Shown: piece by piece, positions 1-12,830 of the stretch
Numbering within the stretch: position 1 is the stretch's first letter
Layout of the letters: the number at the start of each line of letters is the position of its first letter
NCBI RefSeq assembly: GCF_018977255.1
Contig: NW_024704742.1
Location: 77,254,001-77,318,000, forward strand
Reading direction: 5' to 3'
DNA length: 64,000 nt
Origin: Callorhinchus milii
Taxonomy: Eukaryota
Position numbers and translations under genes: made by a program
The notes under the pieces: model-generated
Seen by the model: the letters and a program-made list of their open reading frames with translations, nothing else
What the model was told of the DNA's origin: nothing
Databases searched by the model: none

Positions 1-73
1 GCTCCGCCACCGTTAAGTGCACTGAGACACTACGCAACATGGAGGGTGCTGTATAAGTGCAAGTTGTTGTTGT
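1..73 (+). mobile_element. L2-type 3' tail at window edge
   Basis: gctccgccaccgttaagtgc...gtgctgtataagtgcaagttgttgttgt, homologous to 22918-22990 on the minus strand. Confidence 0.7.
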
Positions 74-1316
74 AATTTTATAGAGTATGGTCATCACTGA
101 GTTGCATGCAATGATCTAATCTCAGGATTCAGAGCAAACTCTTCAGAAAGTCACCATTCAATTCATGGCAACTTTTAAAGCCCTCAAGTAGAATTCTGCT
201 ATTAAATCAGTGACAGTGATTCGATCACGGCTTCTATTTTGTCAGAGTAAGTGATGAAAATGCACATATGGTGAAGCCATAAACAAAAGTAGTAACCAAA
301 GAGTTAAGGTATAGCCAAGCATCAGAAACAAGCTAACTCTTTGTTTTTCTGGCAGTAACAATCCCGTGTTTGTGGTGAACTGCTGTTAATTCATTTGATT
401 ATAGAGGGCATCCTACCTCCTACATAGGCAACCTGCATAAGAATAGTCAGTCATGTGAGTCTCGGTGCCTGCTCGATGGCTTGTCACCTAAAGTCGAACA
501 AAACTTGTACTTTTTGTCAAACTCCAGCAGAAGCGTGGGTTTGGTGTAATACCAATTCTCATGGGGAGGGCTTGGCAAGATTTATCTGTACAAATGATGT
601 GCTGGGGGGACATGGAGTAAACAGCCCTTGGTCAGATAAATGCTGCCAAGCCCTCAACATGAGGAACTGGTATTACACCAATGAACCATGAATTTAAGTT
701 TTGGCAGGCATTTCTACTGTAGGAATCATCAAAGCCAAGCTTGATGCATTCCACATGTACACCTTCCAAGAGATGTTCTATGGAAAGCAATTAGGAGTGG
801 GAATTTGAGCCGATTTCCCCATCCAGGGGCACTGTGGCCAATTATTGCACTTTTTAAAGAACTCTGCTGGAAAGAAAAATGACTTCAAAGTTAAACTGAA
901 TTCAATAATGTTGTCTGTACGCTCGTAAATCTACGTAAATAAAGGAAATGCGAACTTGGGTGGACTTTCTCCCCTCGATCTGTCAAAATAAAAACAATTG
1001 GGACCAAAACGACCTGTAACAGCTGATCAGTGGATTGCAAGATTGATTGGGATGAAAATTATTTCATCTCATCCTCACAGAATTTGGTCCATCATGTATA
1101 ATGTATATAACATACAATGATTATTGTAAGGAACAGGAGGAGTCCCAGTACAGATCTCTAAGGAATGGAAGGAGTTCCAATTCAGATTCCCGAGGCACCC
1201 GCTTTACAAATGCCTTGAGCCAGACTACAGCCCAATTAAATCTGGCTCACTGCATTTCAGGCCCAGTTCAGTGTTCGATTTTTATAGTTGCATCAAGTCC
1301 AGGAACTGGCGCAGTA

Positions 1317-1365
1317 TTGCAGCAATCTGTTTGCAGCAATCTGTTTGCAGCATCTGTTTGCAGCA
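1317..1365 (+). repeat. 14-bp tandem repeat, about 3.5 copies (ttgcagcaatctgt)
   Basis: Directly visible. Confidence 0.9.
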
Positions 1366-2069
1366 CGTTCAATGGACGCATGGGAGGTTTCAGCCCAGCC
1401 CACTTCTCAATGTCTTGGTGGTGGGAGGGGGTAATGTGTCCAATTGTAGCCAGTCATTGTCAACTCCATTGATAATTATCACATTGAAATTGCATTTTTC
1501 ACCCCATTAATTATCTCTATACATAATAGTTATGTGTAATTACAAAATACCAGTTATAAGTTTCTGTTCTAAATCTGTCTTCATTGTAACAACAGATTAT
1601 TTTGATCAACACAATATATATTTTCAAACGCAGTCGTCTGTAGTTTTTAGTTTAGTGGAACAAAGGCTCATCTTTACCTGGGGTTCAAGGCTAAAGTTTA
1701 AAATATCCCAATCAGTTACAGTATTTAATAAAGTTAGATGAGAGCAATTGCAAACTATTAAATGCACAATTTGTTTCAAATTGCTTTTCGTTAACATTTA
1801 TTATTGCTCAGAAAGCAATTGCAGTTGAGTTGATTAGAAAATAAATGTATGGTCTGAGTATGGCATGCTTATTATCCCTACCCTGGCTAAGCTCCACTGA
1901 CTCCCGGTACTCCAGATCAACTTTCAGATTCCTGTCTTGTTTTTGACTATCTTGTTCCATCCTACTGCATTCAGCTCTATTCTCCTGCTTGTGCCCTCCC
2001 TGATTCACATTCTGGCCTAGTTCTCATTCTTCACTTGCTTTATCTCACTATCTGTAACCAAATCTTAAG

Positions 2070-2300
2070 TCACAATGGCCCTGCTCTCTGGAAACTCTCC
2101 CCAAATCACTCTGCTCTTCAAAACTCTCTTCTACAATTTAAAAAAAACAAAAAAAACACCTGTTTCTCTTTGATCAAGCATTTGGTCAATACTCTTAGTT
2201 TCTCTTTCGTCTTCTGCCTGCTTGGTGCTTCCTCTCTTTGTGAAGTGATTCAAAACATTCATCCAATGTGAAAGGTTGTATATAAATGCAAGCTGTTATT
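2070..2300 (+). mobile_element. Old L2 3' fragment
   Basis: ccctgctctctggaa...tttgatcaagcatttggtca...tgtgaaaggttgtatataaatgcaagctgttatt. Confidence 0.6.
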
Positions 2301-4204
2301 CTTGAAGTCTCCTGGAGGAATGGTAACTCGGTTCACACCGTAGAAATGAAGGATGCAGTGTGGGTCATCATCCTTTCTGGTCCTGGATTTAATGAGTCGC
2401 TATCTGAGATGCTGATCTCAGTATGTGGGTTAGCACAGCAGTGCTGTCATCTCAGTCAGTGCTGAATTGTCGAATAGCTGACCTCAAGTGAGCTGGCCTA
2501 AATCTGAGAGGTTGCAACCCAATGTTAGAAACATAATTTCTCTCACAAGGTAGGAGACTTCTAAAATGAAGCTTTCTTGCCTAACTTAGTGGGTTTAGTG
2601 CTTATTTCTGTTGACCGTACAATAGAGAAATTATTATCTGTACTAATTGGGACCAGTGATCGACTACAATACAAAATTACATTTGTAAAGTGCCTTTCAT
2701 GTTGGGAGGTTGTCCCAAGGCACTGGACAGTCAGAGATGTGGACTAAACCAGTTTGAGAGAGAAGGTTGAAGGATATTTTATTGTATTCTCACTGACCGT
2801 ATCAGACAGTTGACTGCCTCTACACTCCACTTCATATGCTGAACTTGTGCTGTATGATGTACCATTATGATAGGATTAGTGGATACTATTTCTAATCGGA
2901 CGTATCCACAACTATGAAGATTAGTAGAGAACTCTAATTGTTGAGTCAAATAGGTATAAGAGGAACCAGCACTAATATGGTGAAATCAATGAGCAACATT
3001 GGAAAGCAAAAAAGGAGGAGGTCATTCAGCCTATTTCACCAGTTTATTATTCTTGACAGACTCATCCTGTTGCCATTCTCCTTGATACCTCGAAGGTGTA
3101 TTTAATGGTAGCTTTAGGTCATGATGAGTGAAGCTTCTGATTTGTGATATTAGGTGGAAATTATAATATGATATAATTACCGCACAATACACAACCTCTG
3201 TTTTCCAATGTGAAAACAAAACTTCAATTAGAGGAGTGCTTAGTTCCATACTAATAAAATCTAAAACAATTCTGCACTATGTGATAATAATTGCATCACA
3301 TACTGCAAACTCTCTCCCCTTGTCCCCACCGCCCCATATCATCAGTGATAATTGTCATGTAGGGTATCAATTTTCAACTGTTTAAAAAAAAAGCAAATGA
3401 TGAAACATGTTGGGTACTTGGATTGAATTACCACAGGAAAAAGAGGGGAAAATTAGTGGGGTGGGGGTGTGGGGGGGGTGTGGGGGTTGAATCGGACATG
3501 TTCTCGCTCTCTCTCTCTCTCTCTCTGTGTTTGACAGAGTTAAACAATATGTCTCGGGACCTACTGAACATGATGCCAGAATGGGATTGCCCAGGTTTAA
3601 CCATAGTCAGGGATTTCATACTCAGCCATTGGATAAAGATGTGTTTGTATATGGCAAAAGCTGTTTGAAGGTCAGGAGAGTATTTTAGAGAAACGTGCCA
3701 GTAGCAGGCCAATAGAATATTTCACCACCAAATCAAAACAGGGCTTTGGATGCTGAAAATTTGCTCAGTGGCATTTGACAAATGTGCATGTATAGATGGC
3801 ACACATATGTGGATTCTATCTGGTTTAGATTTTTTTTGCATGTGTCAGACACCTGGCTGATCAAAAACAGGCTTCTGTGAATTTGTAAATGTTCCACAGT
3901 TCTGTCTATTTCTTTACTTTGAAAGAAAAAACATGTATTTTTACAGAGTCTTACCATGTTGAAATTTTTTTGGTGGGATGTCTAACACATGTGCCACGTG
4001 TTTAAGAGTATCCAAACCAAACTGAGAATTCCATGCATCTCACCTACACATTGAAATCCCAGAGATAGATTGTTGGAATGGAATGTGCTCTTTCTCCCTG
4101 GAGGGACATATCCTGCTTACATAATTCTGGGAAGTATTACATTTCAAAGCACTTCATAGGTAATTAGTGCTGCCGCAAAAGACCATGAGGTTAATGACCA
4201 GTTA

Positions 4205-4338
4205 ATGGGGAAGGCAAGTTTGCAGTGTTATGGGGAGAGAGCGGGGGATCGGGATTGGTAAGGATTGCTCCTTTCAAAGAGCCGGCACAGACACGATGGA
4301 CCGATTGGCCTCCTTCTTTGCTGTATAATTCTGTAATG
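4205..4338 (+). mobile_element. CR1 3' UTR fragment
   Basis: Near-copy of 9190-9320 (caagtttgcag...tatggggagagagcgggg...caaagagccggcacagacac). Confidence 0.85.
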
Positions 4339-4637
4339 TAGAAGATTATTGACTTATACATGAAAGAAACTCCCCTCACTTTTCAAGTAGACCTTTAAGG
4401 TGCATTCACATAAATGAGCAGGACCTCAGTTTATTATCTCATGGGTTGGGCCAATAGAAAAGTGCGGCCACACGTTTTCGGCTAGAATGACATTCGCCCG
4501 CTACAAAACCTACATAAATATAGGTTTTTGGCCTGCGGGCCGCTCGCACTGTTTACCTGACATCACTGTGGGTGGAGTGGCTCCAGAGACGCAAGTACAG
4601 TGCAGCGCAAGCGGCAAATGGTCTTCACTCAATGTGA

Positions 4638-4812
4638 TTGTCTGTCTCTATGACTGTCTCTGAGCGTGTGTGTATCTCTCTATGTCTGAGTCTGTGTCTC
4701 GCTCTGTACTTCTGAGTGTGTGTGTGTATCTCTCTATGTCTCTGAGTGTGTATGTATCTCTGTGTGTCTATGAGTGGGTGTGTATCTCTCTCTGGGTCTC
4801 AGTGTCTCTGTG
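4638..4812. repeat. Degenerate (GT/CT) microsatellite
   Basis: Repeated gtgtgtatctctctatgtctctga-like units. Confidence 0.85.
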
Positions 4813-5449
4813 TGGTGCCGGCCCTGAGAGACAGGAGATGGTGAGCTCCTGTAGCCTCACTGGTGCCGTCCACCCTAGATGCTGATCTTGTGTCTTTAAG
4901 TGGGGCTTCATCCCGCAGGCCTTTGACCCAGTGGTGTGTTTGTTACTAGTGACATTTCTACTTCTTACACCTGTTTTCCCTATGGCTTCTCTGAATGGGA
5001 TTGTCAATATTGTGCCACACGTAGGATCTGATTTCAGGATCACTGGAAACCAGGTTGAGATACAGAAATTCCTTTCTTGCAGCACCATATACAGAAAAGC
5101 CCTTGTTCCAACAGTTTAGACAGCATTTGACCCCAGAAGTGATGGATAAGTGTGCAACACCAACCAGTCACTGGTGATTGTTTATGATACCTTGCAGCAT
5201 CACACTGTTTCTTAAATAAGTCTTTATCCCTGTTAGCCTTCCTGGTAACCCTTTCCAGCTGCGACTTATCCTCTGTAATAAATATTTCCTGATGTGTCTT
5301 AAACTTGTCTTTGCAACCATGTGGTCTCTTCTGGAGTATCTAGAAGTATTATTCTGGATTTACTCTTGTTTCCTATTTAGCATCTTGTGTACCTCCATAA
5401 GGTCCTCCAAGACCTCTCTTATCAATGTTAGAGAGCCCTACCTTATCCT

Positions 5450-5590
5450 GGGAGGGTGGCCGAAGACAGGGTCAAAGAGGAAGGTCTTTAGACGAGACTT
5501 GAAGGAAACAAGAGAAGGGGTGAAGCGGAGGGATTGTGAGATAGAGTTTCAGAGTGTGGGGGAAGAGATACTGAGTGCCCGACCTGTAGT
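5450..5590 (-). mobile_element. L2 ORF2 C-terminal fragment
   Basis: gtcaaagaggaaggtctttagacgagacttgaagg...agagtttcagagtgtgggg, similar to 23030-23130 and 42720-42800. Confidence 0.6.
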
Positions 5591-5841
5591 CCGTTAGCCA
5601 CATGAGGCACAGAATCAAATCAGTTAGCCTCACTCCTCGAGTTTACACTACAGTTGCCTCAGAGCTCGAAAAGAAAGATGGACATTGAGGTTGTTCAATT
5701 GTTATACTCAATGAGAGAAAAATAATTTTGGGGAGAAAATGACCTTTTGTTCATATAAGGATCCAAAATACTTTGTTAAATTTAAACACACTGTAAACTA
5801 CAATGTGTCTGTAATTAAGTCAAATTTTTATTCAACCAAAA

Positions 5842-6246
5842 CAGGGGTGTCGAACATGCGGCCAGGCTATGGGGTAATGTTTGGCAGCCCGTCCATTCAT
5901 TTCTGAAATGGCATTGATATAAGTTTCATATTGGTGCCAAATGGTGTTTCATAGCCTGCCAATTTTTTTTGTTTTGAATTGTTAGCATTACAATTTGGAA
6001 TTTAAGTTAAATATTCAGACTTAGCATTATCTATTGAGGCTGAGCATTAGCCAGCATTCTATTTTGGTGACTAGGAATCGTGCAGTGGGATAATGTCTCG
6101 TGCAAGTTGGTGTATTTGAGCAAATATATACACAATCATAGACATTTTCAGGTACAGTATTTTGGATACCCTTTTATGGTGCAACCTACCAAGTGAACAG
6201 TGTTAACTTAAATAGCCCTTGAGACCAGATGAGTTTGACACCTGTG
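5842..6246. mobile_element. Non-autonomous hAT DNA transposon
   Basis: TIRs caggggtgtcgaac / gtttgacacctgtg; 8-bp TSD aaccaaaa (5834-5841) / agccaaaa (6247-6254). Confidence 0.8.
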
Positions 6247-6389
6247 AGCCAAAAAGAAGAAATGATTTGTGTGTATTACAAACAGGCAGAGAATTGTATT
6301 TGTTTCAGGTTAATGTTGCTCTGTTTGAGTAATAGCCAAGTACTGAAGGAATGTAAAGAATGTGCTCAAAATAATCCAGAGCTTGGCTT

Positions 6390-6510
6390 CTACACCCTTG
6401 CTGGTAAATCAGTCCAGCTGTTAATAACCCTCTGTGTAAAGAAGGATTTCTTGCTGTCTGCCCTAAAATAGCTCTTCACCATTTTGAACCTGTGCCGTCT
6501 TGTCCTGCTG
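6390..6510 (-). mobile_element. Old CR1 fragment
   Basis: RTRRHRFKMVKSYFRADSKKSFFTQRVINSWTDLP, the CR1 ORF2 C-terminal motif. Confidence 0.75.
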
Positions 6511-7129
6511 ACTTGGCAAATCTGAATGCAGTCTGAGAACTGAACAGATTTCTGGTTCATTAATGGTGCCAAGGCAAAAGGTAGCTGAAAATTACAGCAA
6601 AGCCCCATCATAGGGCGATAATTGGAGTCCATAAAGTTGTTATGACAGACTGACTGCCGTTCAGCACTTCCACATCATCATGTCACGGATCCCGTGACCA
6701 CTGATGTCACTGCAAAATGTCTGGTTCCATCGGTATGTAGCAAACTTCAAAGCATCTTCACATGCATTTTGAAATGTGAAGAGCATAATCTGGCGAGCGA
6801 CAATCCATTTGGATGGCATGATATTGGGATTTTGAATCTTTAGATAAGAAAATTTGGGGATCCACAGCCCAATTGACTTATTATTTGACTATGGATCCCA
6901 TCATTGTCTTACCTAAAGCAAACCTATGTTATAATGGTGTCCACTGTATCTGAGCACATTCTGTATATTGCAAGTAACACAACCAAGTACGCTAACTTGT
7001 TTTACTTTCTTTTTCCCATTCAAGAAGAGAGCCATTAACCCTGCATTGTTGTAGTAATCCTTGTGTATTTATAATTAAAAACCTGGCATGCTCGGACGTT
7101 AGCTTGTTCCTTGAATATTACTGATTCTT

Positions 7130-7505
7130 AAATGTTTGGTGTAGTAGCTGAAGTGGTGCTGATTATTAGAAATCCCATGGTTCTACTTGAAAAGAGAATA
7201 GAGTTTCTCATGGTGTCTTGTCCAACAATCCCCAAAATAAAATTGGTCACAAACTCCATGGCTCTTTGTGGGACATTGCTGTGCGCGAACTGACTGCAGT
7301 GTTTGGCCCACAAAATACACAGTCAAACCACTTCACAGCATATCTGTGAAGTGCTTTGAGACATCTCAATAACGTGATAAGGACCCATATCAAATGCAAA
7401 GATTATTTATATAATATTAATCCTTTCATTTGATATAGCGCCTTATCACGTCTTCGAGACGTCTCAAAACGCTTCACGGAATATACTGTAAAATGAATTG
7501 ATGGT
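7130..7505. mobile_element. DeuSINE (+) immediately followed by an inverted SINE tail (-)
   Basis: tttgtgggacattgctgtgcgc...atcaaatgcaaagatta, then taatcctttcatttgatatagcgccttatcacg...actgtaaaatgaattga. Confidence 0.8.
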
Positions 7506-8427
7506 TCATTGCCATTTATGGTAACAATCATGGTAGATTTCATGAGACAATGGAGCAGTAGGCTACATTTGCCCCTGCCTCCGCACAAACCTCCATTGAT
7601 GGTTTTCCATGGATGTGTAGCTGACCCTCAAAAAGTTATTGATTCACTGCCATGTAACCTGGGTTGGTTCAGGTACCTGCTTATAGTGGGAAGCCTGGGT
7701 GTTTAAATATGTAGAGGCTAAGTTTAGTACCTCGGTCACTTAGTGTGTGACACCAGGAATCTGTGCTCCACCACCAGCTGCATCCGAATCAGCTCGTGAT
7801 CAGCAGGAAGCAGTGACTGGAATTGCTCAGGGAGATGAATGTTTTATTTTGTCATATTGATTTAGGAACATCATGTCATTTCTTGTCTTTCCTTTTTTTT
7901 GATACTGCTAATGGTCATTGGTGCTCTGAACTTTCCACCAAAGCTTAATAACTTTCACTCTTTCCCCCCCACCCACCCCCTTCAACTCTGTTGAAATAAA
8001 GTTGCATTGCAATGACTTCGACTTTAACCCATTCTTTTCCTGGACATCAAAACTCCTCACCTCCCTCAATCTTCGCTTCTGTCTGCAGTATATGCGCAAA
8101 TTGGCTACTGTGTTCACCTACAAAGTACAGTCATTATACTTAACAGTAAAATCCTGTGAAGTGCTCTGTGATGTCTCGACAATGTGATAAGGTGCTACAC
8201 CAATGATAAGGATTATTATCATAAATAAACTAATTTCATCCTCTCACCCACTACTGGCCCAGGCTAATCTCTGCTGCACAGACTGAGTTCCGTAACTCAG
8301 GAAAAACTGAAGAATCAAGGAAGGGACTTGTTAAAGGCTTTTTTTTTTAAAAAATAGAAATTTATGAAATGGTGGTATCTAATTTCCAGAATAATTTTTA
8401 AAAACCTCAGTCATATTCAACATGGTC

Positions 8428-8446
8428 GCGCTGCCATCTAGAGGTT
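8428..8446 (-). promoter_or_regulatory. CTCF-like motif, reverse orientation
   Basis: Minus strand reads aaCCTCTAGATGGCAGCgc, matching the CTCF core CCDSYAGRKGGCRS. Confidence 0.5.
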
Positions 8447-8852
8447 AAAGCAGTTATAATAACAAAATAATCTGAACTGTTGCCTCACCTCTCTTACTTC
8501 AAACAATTGTTCAATGTATCGAGGTAACATTAGGGAGCCGAGTGAATGTCGTTCAATGCCTCAAACTTTTCCTGAACTAATAGCTCTCCCTGTGGCCTCT
8601 ACATTTACAGGAACCAGCTGTTGCTTTCTGCGCCAAATTTTGTACCTCCAGTCTGAACACAATTAGAATTAGTATTTTCAAAGCTACTTGTTAAAAACTG
8701 ATTTCTAATAATCTATTCTGTGCATTTTCAGCAAATTGAATCCTCCACTGGACGCTCAGAATGTTGTATTTTGCAGATGTTGATTGTCCGAATGTGCAAC
8801 TCTTAGATATTCCAAAAACTAATAAATTCTATAATTTTATCACTCTCTCTAT

Positions 8853-9320
8853 AGGATGGTACCAGGAATGAGAGACTTCAGTTATCAAGAGAGGCTAGAG
8901 AAGCTAGGATTATTCTCCTTGGAGCAGAGAAGATTAAGAGGAGATATAATAAAAGTTTTCCAAATTATGAGGGGATTCGATAGGGTGAACAAAGATAAAC
9001 TATTTCCACTGTCGGGTGGGTCGGTAACTCGAGGGAACCGATTTAAAATAGTTGTTAAAAGAAACAGAGGGAAGGTGAAGAGAAATTTTTTTCGCACAGC
9101 GAGTTGTTTGGATCTGGAATGCATTGCTGGAAAGGGTGATGCAAGCCGATTCAATAACAACTTTTAAGAAAGAAGTAGATAATTATTTGGGGAGGACAAG
9201 TTTGCAGGGCTATGGGGAGAGAGCGGGGGAGTGGGATTGATTTGGATAGCTCTCTTCAAAGAGCCGGCACAGACACATTAGGCCGATTGGCCTCTTTCTG
9301 TGCTCTATAATTCTATGATT
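8853..9320 (+). mobile_element. CR1 LINE 3' end (ORF2 C-terminus and 3' UTR)
   Basis: MVPGMRDFSYQERLEKLGLFSLEQRRLRGD...TRGNRFKI...NFF; CR1 tail gccggcacagacac...ggccgattggcct...ttctatgatt. Confidence 0.92.
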
Positions 9321-11836
9321 TTATAATACACATATGTGTAAGCACTGTGATTTCACACATGGCTGTTCTTTACTACTAGTGCTGTGATGTTAGTTCCCTC
9401 TCACATGCCTATGTTTTTGTTAATACATGCCTTTACTTGTTGGATAAAACGCTTGAATAAAAATATCAAATGTAAAATGTTTTATTTTAATATTAAGAGT
9501 GCAGGAGAATGGTATTGAAGTAGATAGCACTAGCGGCGTAACTCGTGCCAACACAGAAACTATGAGTTGAAAGGCCTGCTCTTGTACTCCAATCATTCTG
9601 CGATTCTATATTATCTTATGCAAAATAGTTAGCAAGTGATTAATTCCATATGTGAATCGCTACTCCTGGACTTATGAAACAGGCCAAACATTACTTCAAA
9701 ACCAGTTTAGCTCTGCATGTGTATCTGCAACTCGCTCTGATCCTCAGTTATTCAATGTGAAACCTCCCATGACATTTTGAAAACTGCTGATGGGATAATT
9801 GAAGCAATTTCTACAGAAAGATATAGTTCAGATATTTCCTTCTGATTTCTTTCTCCCCCCCCCCCCCCCCCCAACTTGCTGGGGTCTAAAATGCAGTATT
9901 TCCTACAGGATTTTCAAAGATTTCTTTAAGTATCAAGTTCTGCGGGTCTCTGGATTTGTGTCACATGAAAGTTCAGCTTCTTCAACTCCTGAAAGTAGTG
10001 TATCAGGTTTGGGGTATGGTTCTACATGCGACTATAGTCTTCCATTACCTCATGCATTTGGAAGCAAATGGGTAAGTGTTTAATAAAGCTACTCAAAATC
10101 TTTAAACCAGTGACTAAAGTGGCAGTTGAGGCCAATCCAATAAATATCAGGTATTTGGAATTTTCAGAAGGCATTTTTATAAGTTCCAAATATGAGTTTT
10201 TTAAACAAGATTTAAAGATCATGAAATTGGTGACCAATTTTCCTTACTGGGTCCCCTGTCCAGCAATAACTAACAGAATTCCATAGAGATATTTACTGGT
10301 TCCTCTTCCATCCGCAATATTCATAAATTACAATTGAACTCACATTGTAAAAAATCTAAAAGGTGTTAACTTCTAATCTGAAAGTAAAGAGATGACACTC
10401 TTGGCAACAGAATGTCGGAATCCTCTGTGCCTGTCTCAGTAGTCCGGTTCTTGAGTCAGGCAAGTCCATAGTACTCCAGGGCACAGCTGATGACTGTCCA
10501 TCCAACCTAACTCATTAGTAGGATTTTGAGAGGCAGACCAGTCACAGGAAGAAGAGATTTTTCCTACTCGTCTCTTGTTAACCATACAAGCCAAAATGCT
10601 AATGGGTAGGGTGGTGGACAAACTGCAGGAAGCTTGTCAGACAGTGCTTTCAATGGCAAGCTGCGTGGTTTTAGTTGGTTAGACTCCAGCAATAGCCCAA
10701 CTCTGGAATCTCCAAGCCTTGGCTCTTGCAAAATAAACTCTGGAATCTGCGCCAAATAAACTCTATAATTGGTTGGCAGGGTGCATCCCTTCATGGAGAA
10801 CTGTGCATTCCATTCGAAAAGCAAGGACATTTTCCCTACAAAATAGTCACTATAATTTATAGTATATTCTGTGAACCACTTTGAGATGTCTTCCTGACAG
10901 GAAAGGTGCTATATCAAATGTAAGGATTGTTTTTATAATATAAATATGTATGTGGAACTCTGTCAGGTTTGTTTTTGTTAAACTAGGTGATGCCTTCACC
11001 TGACTGACAAAAAGAAAATGATTAGCACTGGCAGTAATGAATGACAAAATAATTAGGAAACCTCACAAAACTGAGGAATTGAGGGAAGGTGAAGACTTTA
11101 GTCACTAAGAGGAACAAAACGCATGTACACTGGGGGTAATGGGCATTGTTAAATGTGGGATACAATCTTCAGCAGAAGACGAGAAAGGACTGGGTGGTGA
11201 GTGAGGGAGTTTAATGATGTGGCAACATAACAAAGAAGGAAAGTGAAAATAGCCCTGGGGAATCCTTTCCTCACAGAAAAAAGATCAAAGGATGAAGCAT
11301 TGACGATAGCACAGATAAGAATAATTTCAGAGGAAACTAGTTAGCAATAACCTCTCGCGCGTGAACTATCAACAAATGAGGTAATGGGGCTGAGGTTTAT
11401 TTGATGGATTTAAATAGTTTGGATTATTTAGAAGTTGGCTGGCTTAGATTGCCTTGGGTAATAAAGCATTTATTGTTGGTAATTATGGTTTCTATCTCCA
11501 TCTGTCTCTTACATGTTTGGGATCTGGTGTAACCCATTGCTTACAGCTTTCAAAGACAGCTTGCATTCTAATAATACAGGACAGGCACAGAGTAAAGTCT
11601 CTCACTACCCAACAAGAGCAGAAGAGCTTCTATTTTTCTGCAGCAGTCCAAATTCCTCTGCTTTCCAAGCCAGCCACCAAAGTGGTTTCTCTGGTTGGGA
11701 TTGCTAATTTAGGGCCAAAGTTTATTGTCTTGTCGCCCACTTGCAATTGGGTGGAGTCTGCCAACATTTTGGTTGTGATCAGCCAGGTCCAAGCCAGAAA
11801 GAGTTCAACTTGTGTATGCCACCTAATCATGGAAAC

Positions 11837-12143
11837 ATAATAATAATCCTTGCATTTGATATAGCGCTTTTCACGTCGGGAGGACGTCCCAAAGCGCTTC
11901 ACAGAACACACTGTAAAGTGAATTGACTGTATGTTTGTGGGCGAACGCGGCAGCCAATTGCGCACAGCAATGTCCCACAAACAGTCGTAGATTGAAATTG
12001 ACCAATTTATTATTGTTTTTGGTTTTGGAGGGATTATTATTAGGCGTGTGGAGTAAGGAAACTTGCCCAAGGTTTCGCCCTCTGCCTGGAATTGAACTCA
12101 GGTCTCTCGCTTGCAAAGCGAGTGCTCTAACTACTGAGCTACA
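11837..12143 (-). mobile_element. Second copy of the same young SINE, inverted
   Basis: Near-identical reverse complement of 12263-12570; lacks the first ~10 nt. Confidence 0.92.
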
Positions 12144-12252
12144 TGTTGTGGATTGGGGAGTCAGCAGGTCAGGGCATGAAAGAATTTGAAAACTAGTGTG
12201 AGGATCTTGAAATCGATCCGTTATGTATTGATATTCTCGATGACCTCAGGAT

Positions 12253-12584
12253 AGTGGAGTCCTGTAGCTCAGTGGTTAGAGCACTCGCTTTGCAAGCGAG
12301 AGACCTGAGTTCAATCCCCGGCAGAGGGCGAAACCTTGGGCAAGTTTCCTTACTCCACACAGAGCCTAATAATAATCCCTCCAAAAAGCAAAACAATAAT
12401 AAATTGGTCATTTTCAATCTACGACTGTTTGTGGGACATTGCTGTGCGCAATTGGCTGCCGCGTTCGCCCACAAATATACAGTCAATTCACTTTACAGTT
12501 ATTCTGTGAAGCGCTTTGGGATGTCCTCCCGACGTGAAAAGCGCTATATCAAATGCAAGGATTATTATTATTATTATTATTATT
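12253..12584 (+). mobile_element. Young tRNA(Ala-TGC)-derived SINE with Deu-like 3' body, L2-type tail and (TTA)n
   Basis: A box TAGCTCAGTGG, anticodon arm CTCGC-TTTGCAA-GCGAG, B box GAGTTCAATCC. Body gtttgtgggacattgctgtgcgcaattggctgccgcg; tail gcgctttgggatgtcctcccgacgtgaaaagcgctatatcaaatgcaagg(att)n. Confidence 0.92.
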
Positions 12585-12830
12585 CCAGAAAGTATTAGGG
12601 GTAGATTGACAAAAGTCAAATCTTGGGGATCCCAGAATGTGTGTTGTGGTACTTCAAGAGTTTAACTAGATAAAAATGCAGAGGTTGCCATTGAGAACAC
12701 TATCTGGCAAGCTTCTGCTGCTTGTCCAGCTAGGACCGCACTTCCCGTTAGAGCTTTGGTTTTAGGGTTAACAATAGCCGAGTGGGAAGTTTCTCTTTGC
12801 CCAGTACATTTATTTCATGCAGAAATCTTG

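Noticed and set aside
4443..4825. Possible hAT element inserted in a DeuSINE
   Set aside because: Ends are only loosely inverted and there is no convincing TSD, so it is not called.
12259..12330. tRNA-Ala(TGC) gene
   Set aside because: Acceptor stem does not pair (agtcctg / cagaggg), the T-stem has a mismatch, and it runs into a SINE body and tail; it is a SINE head.
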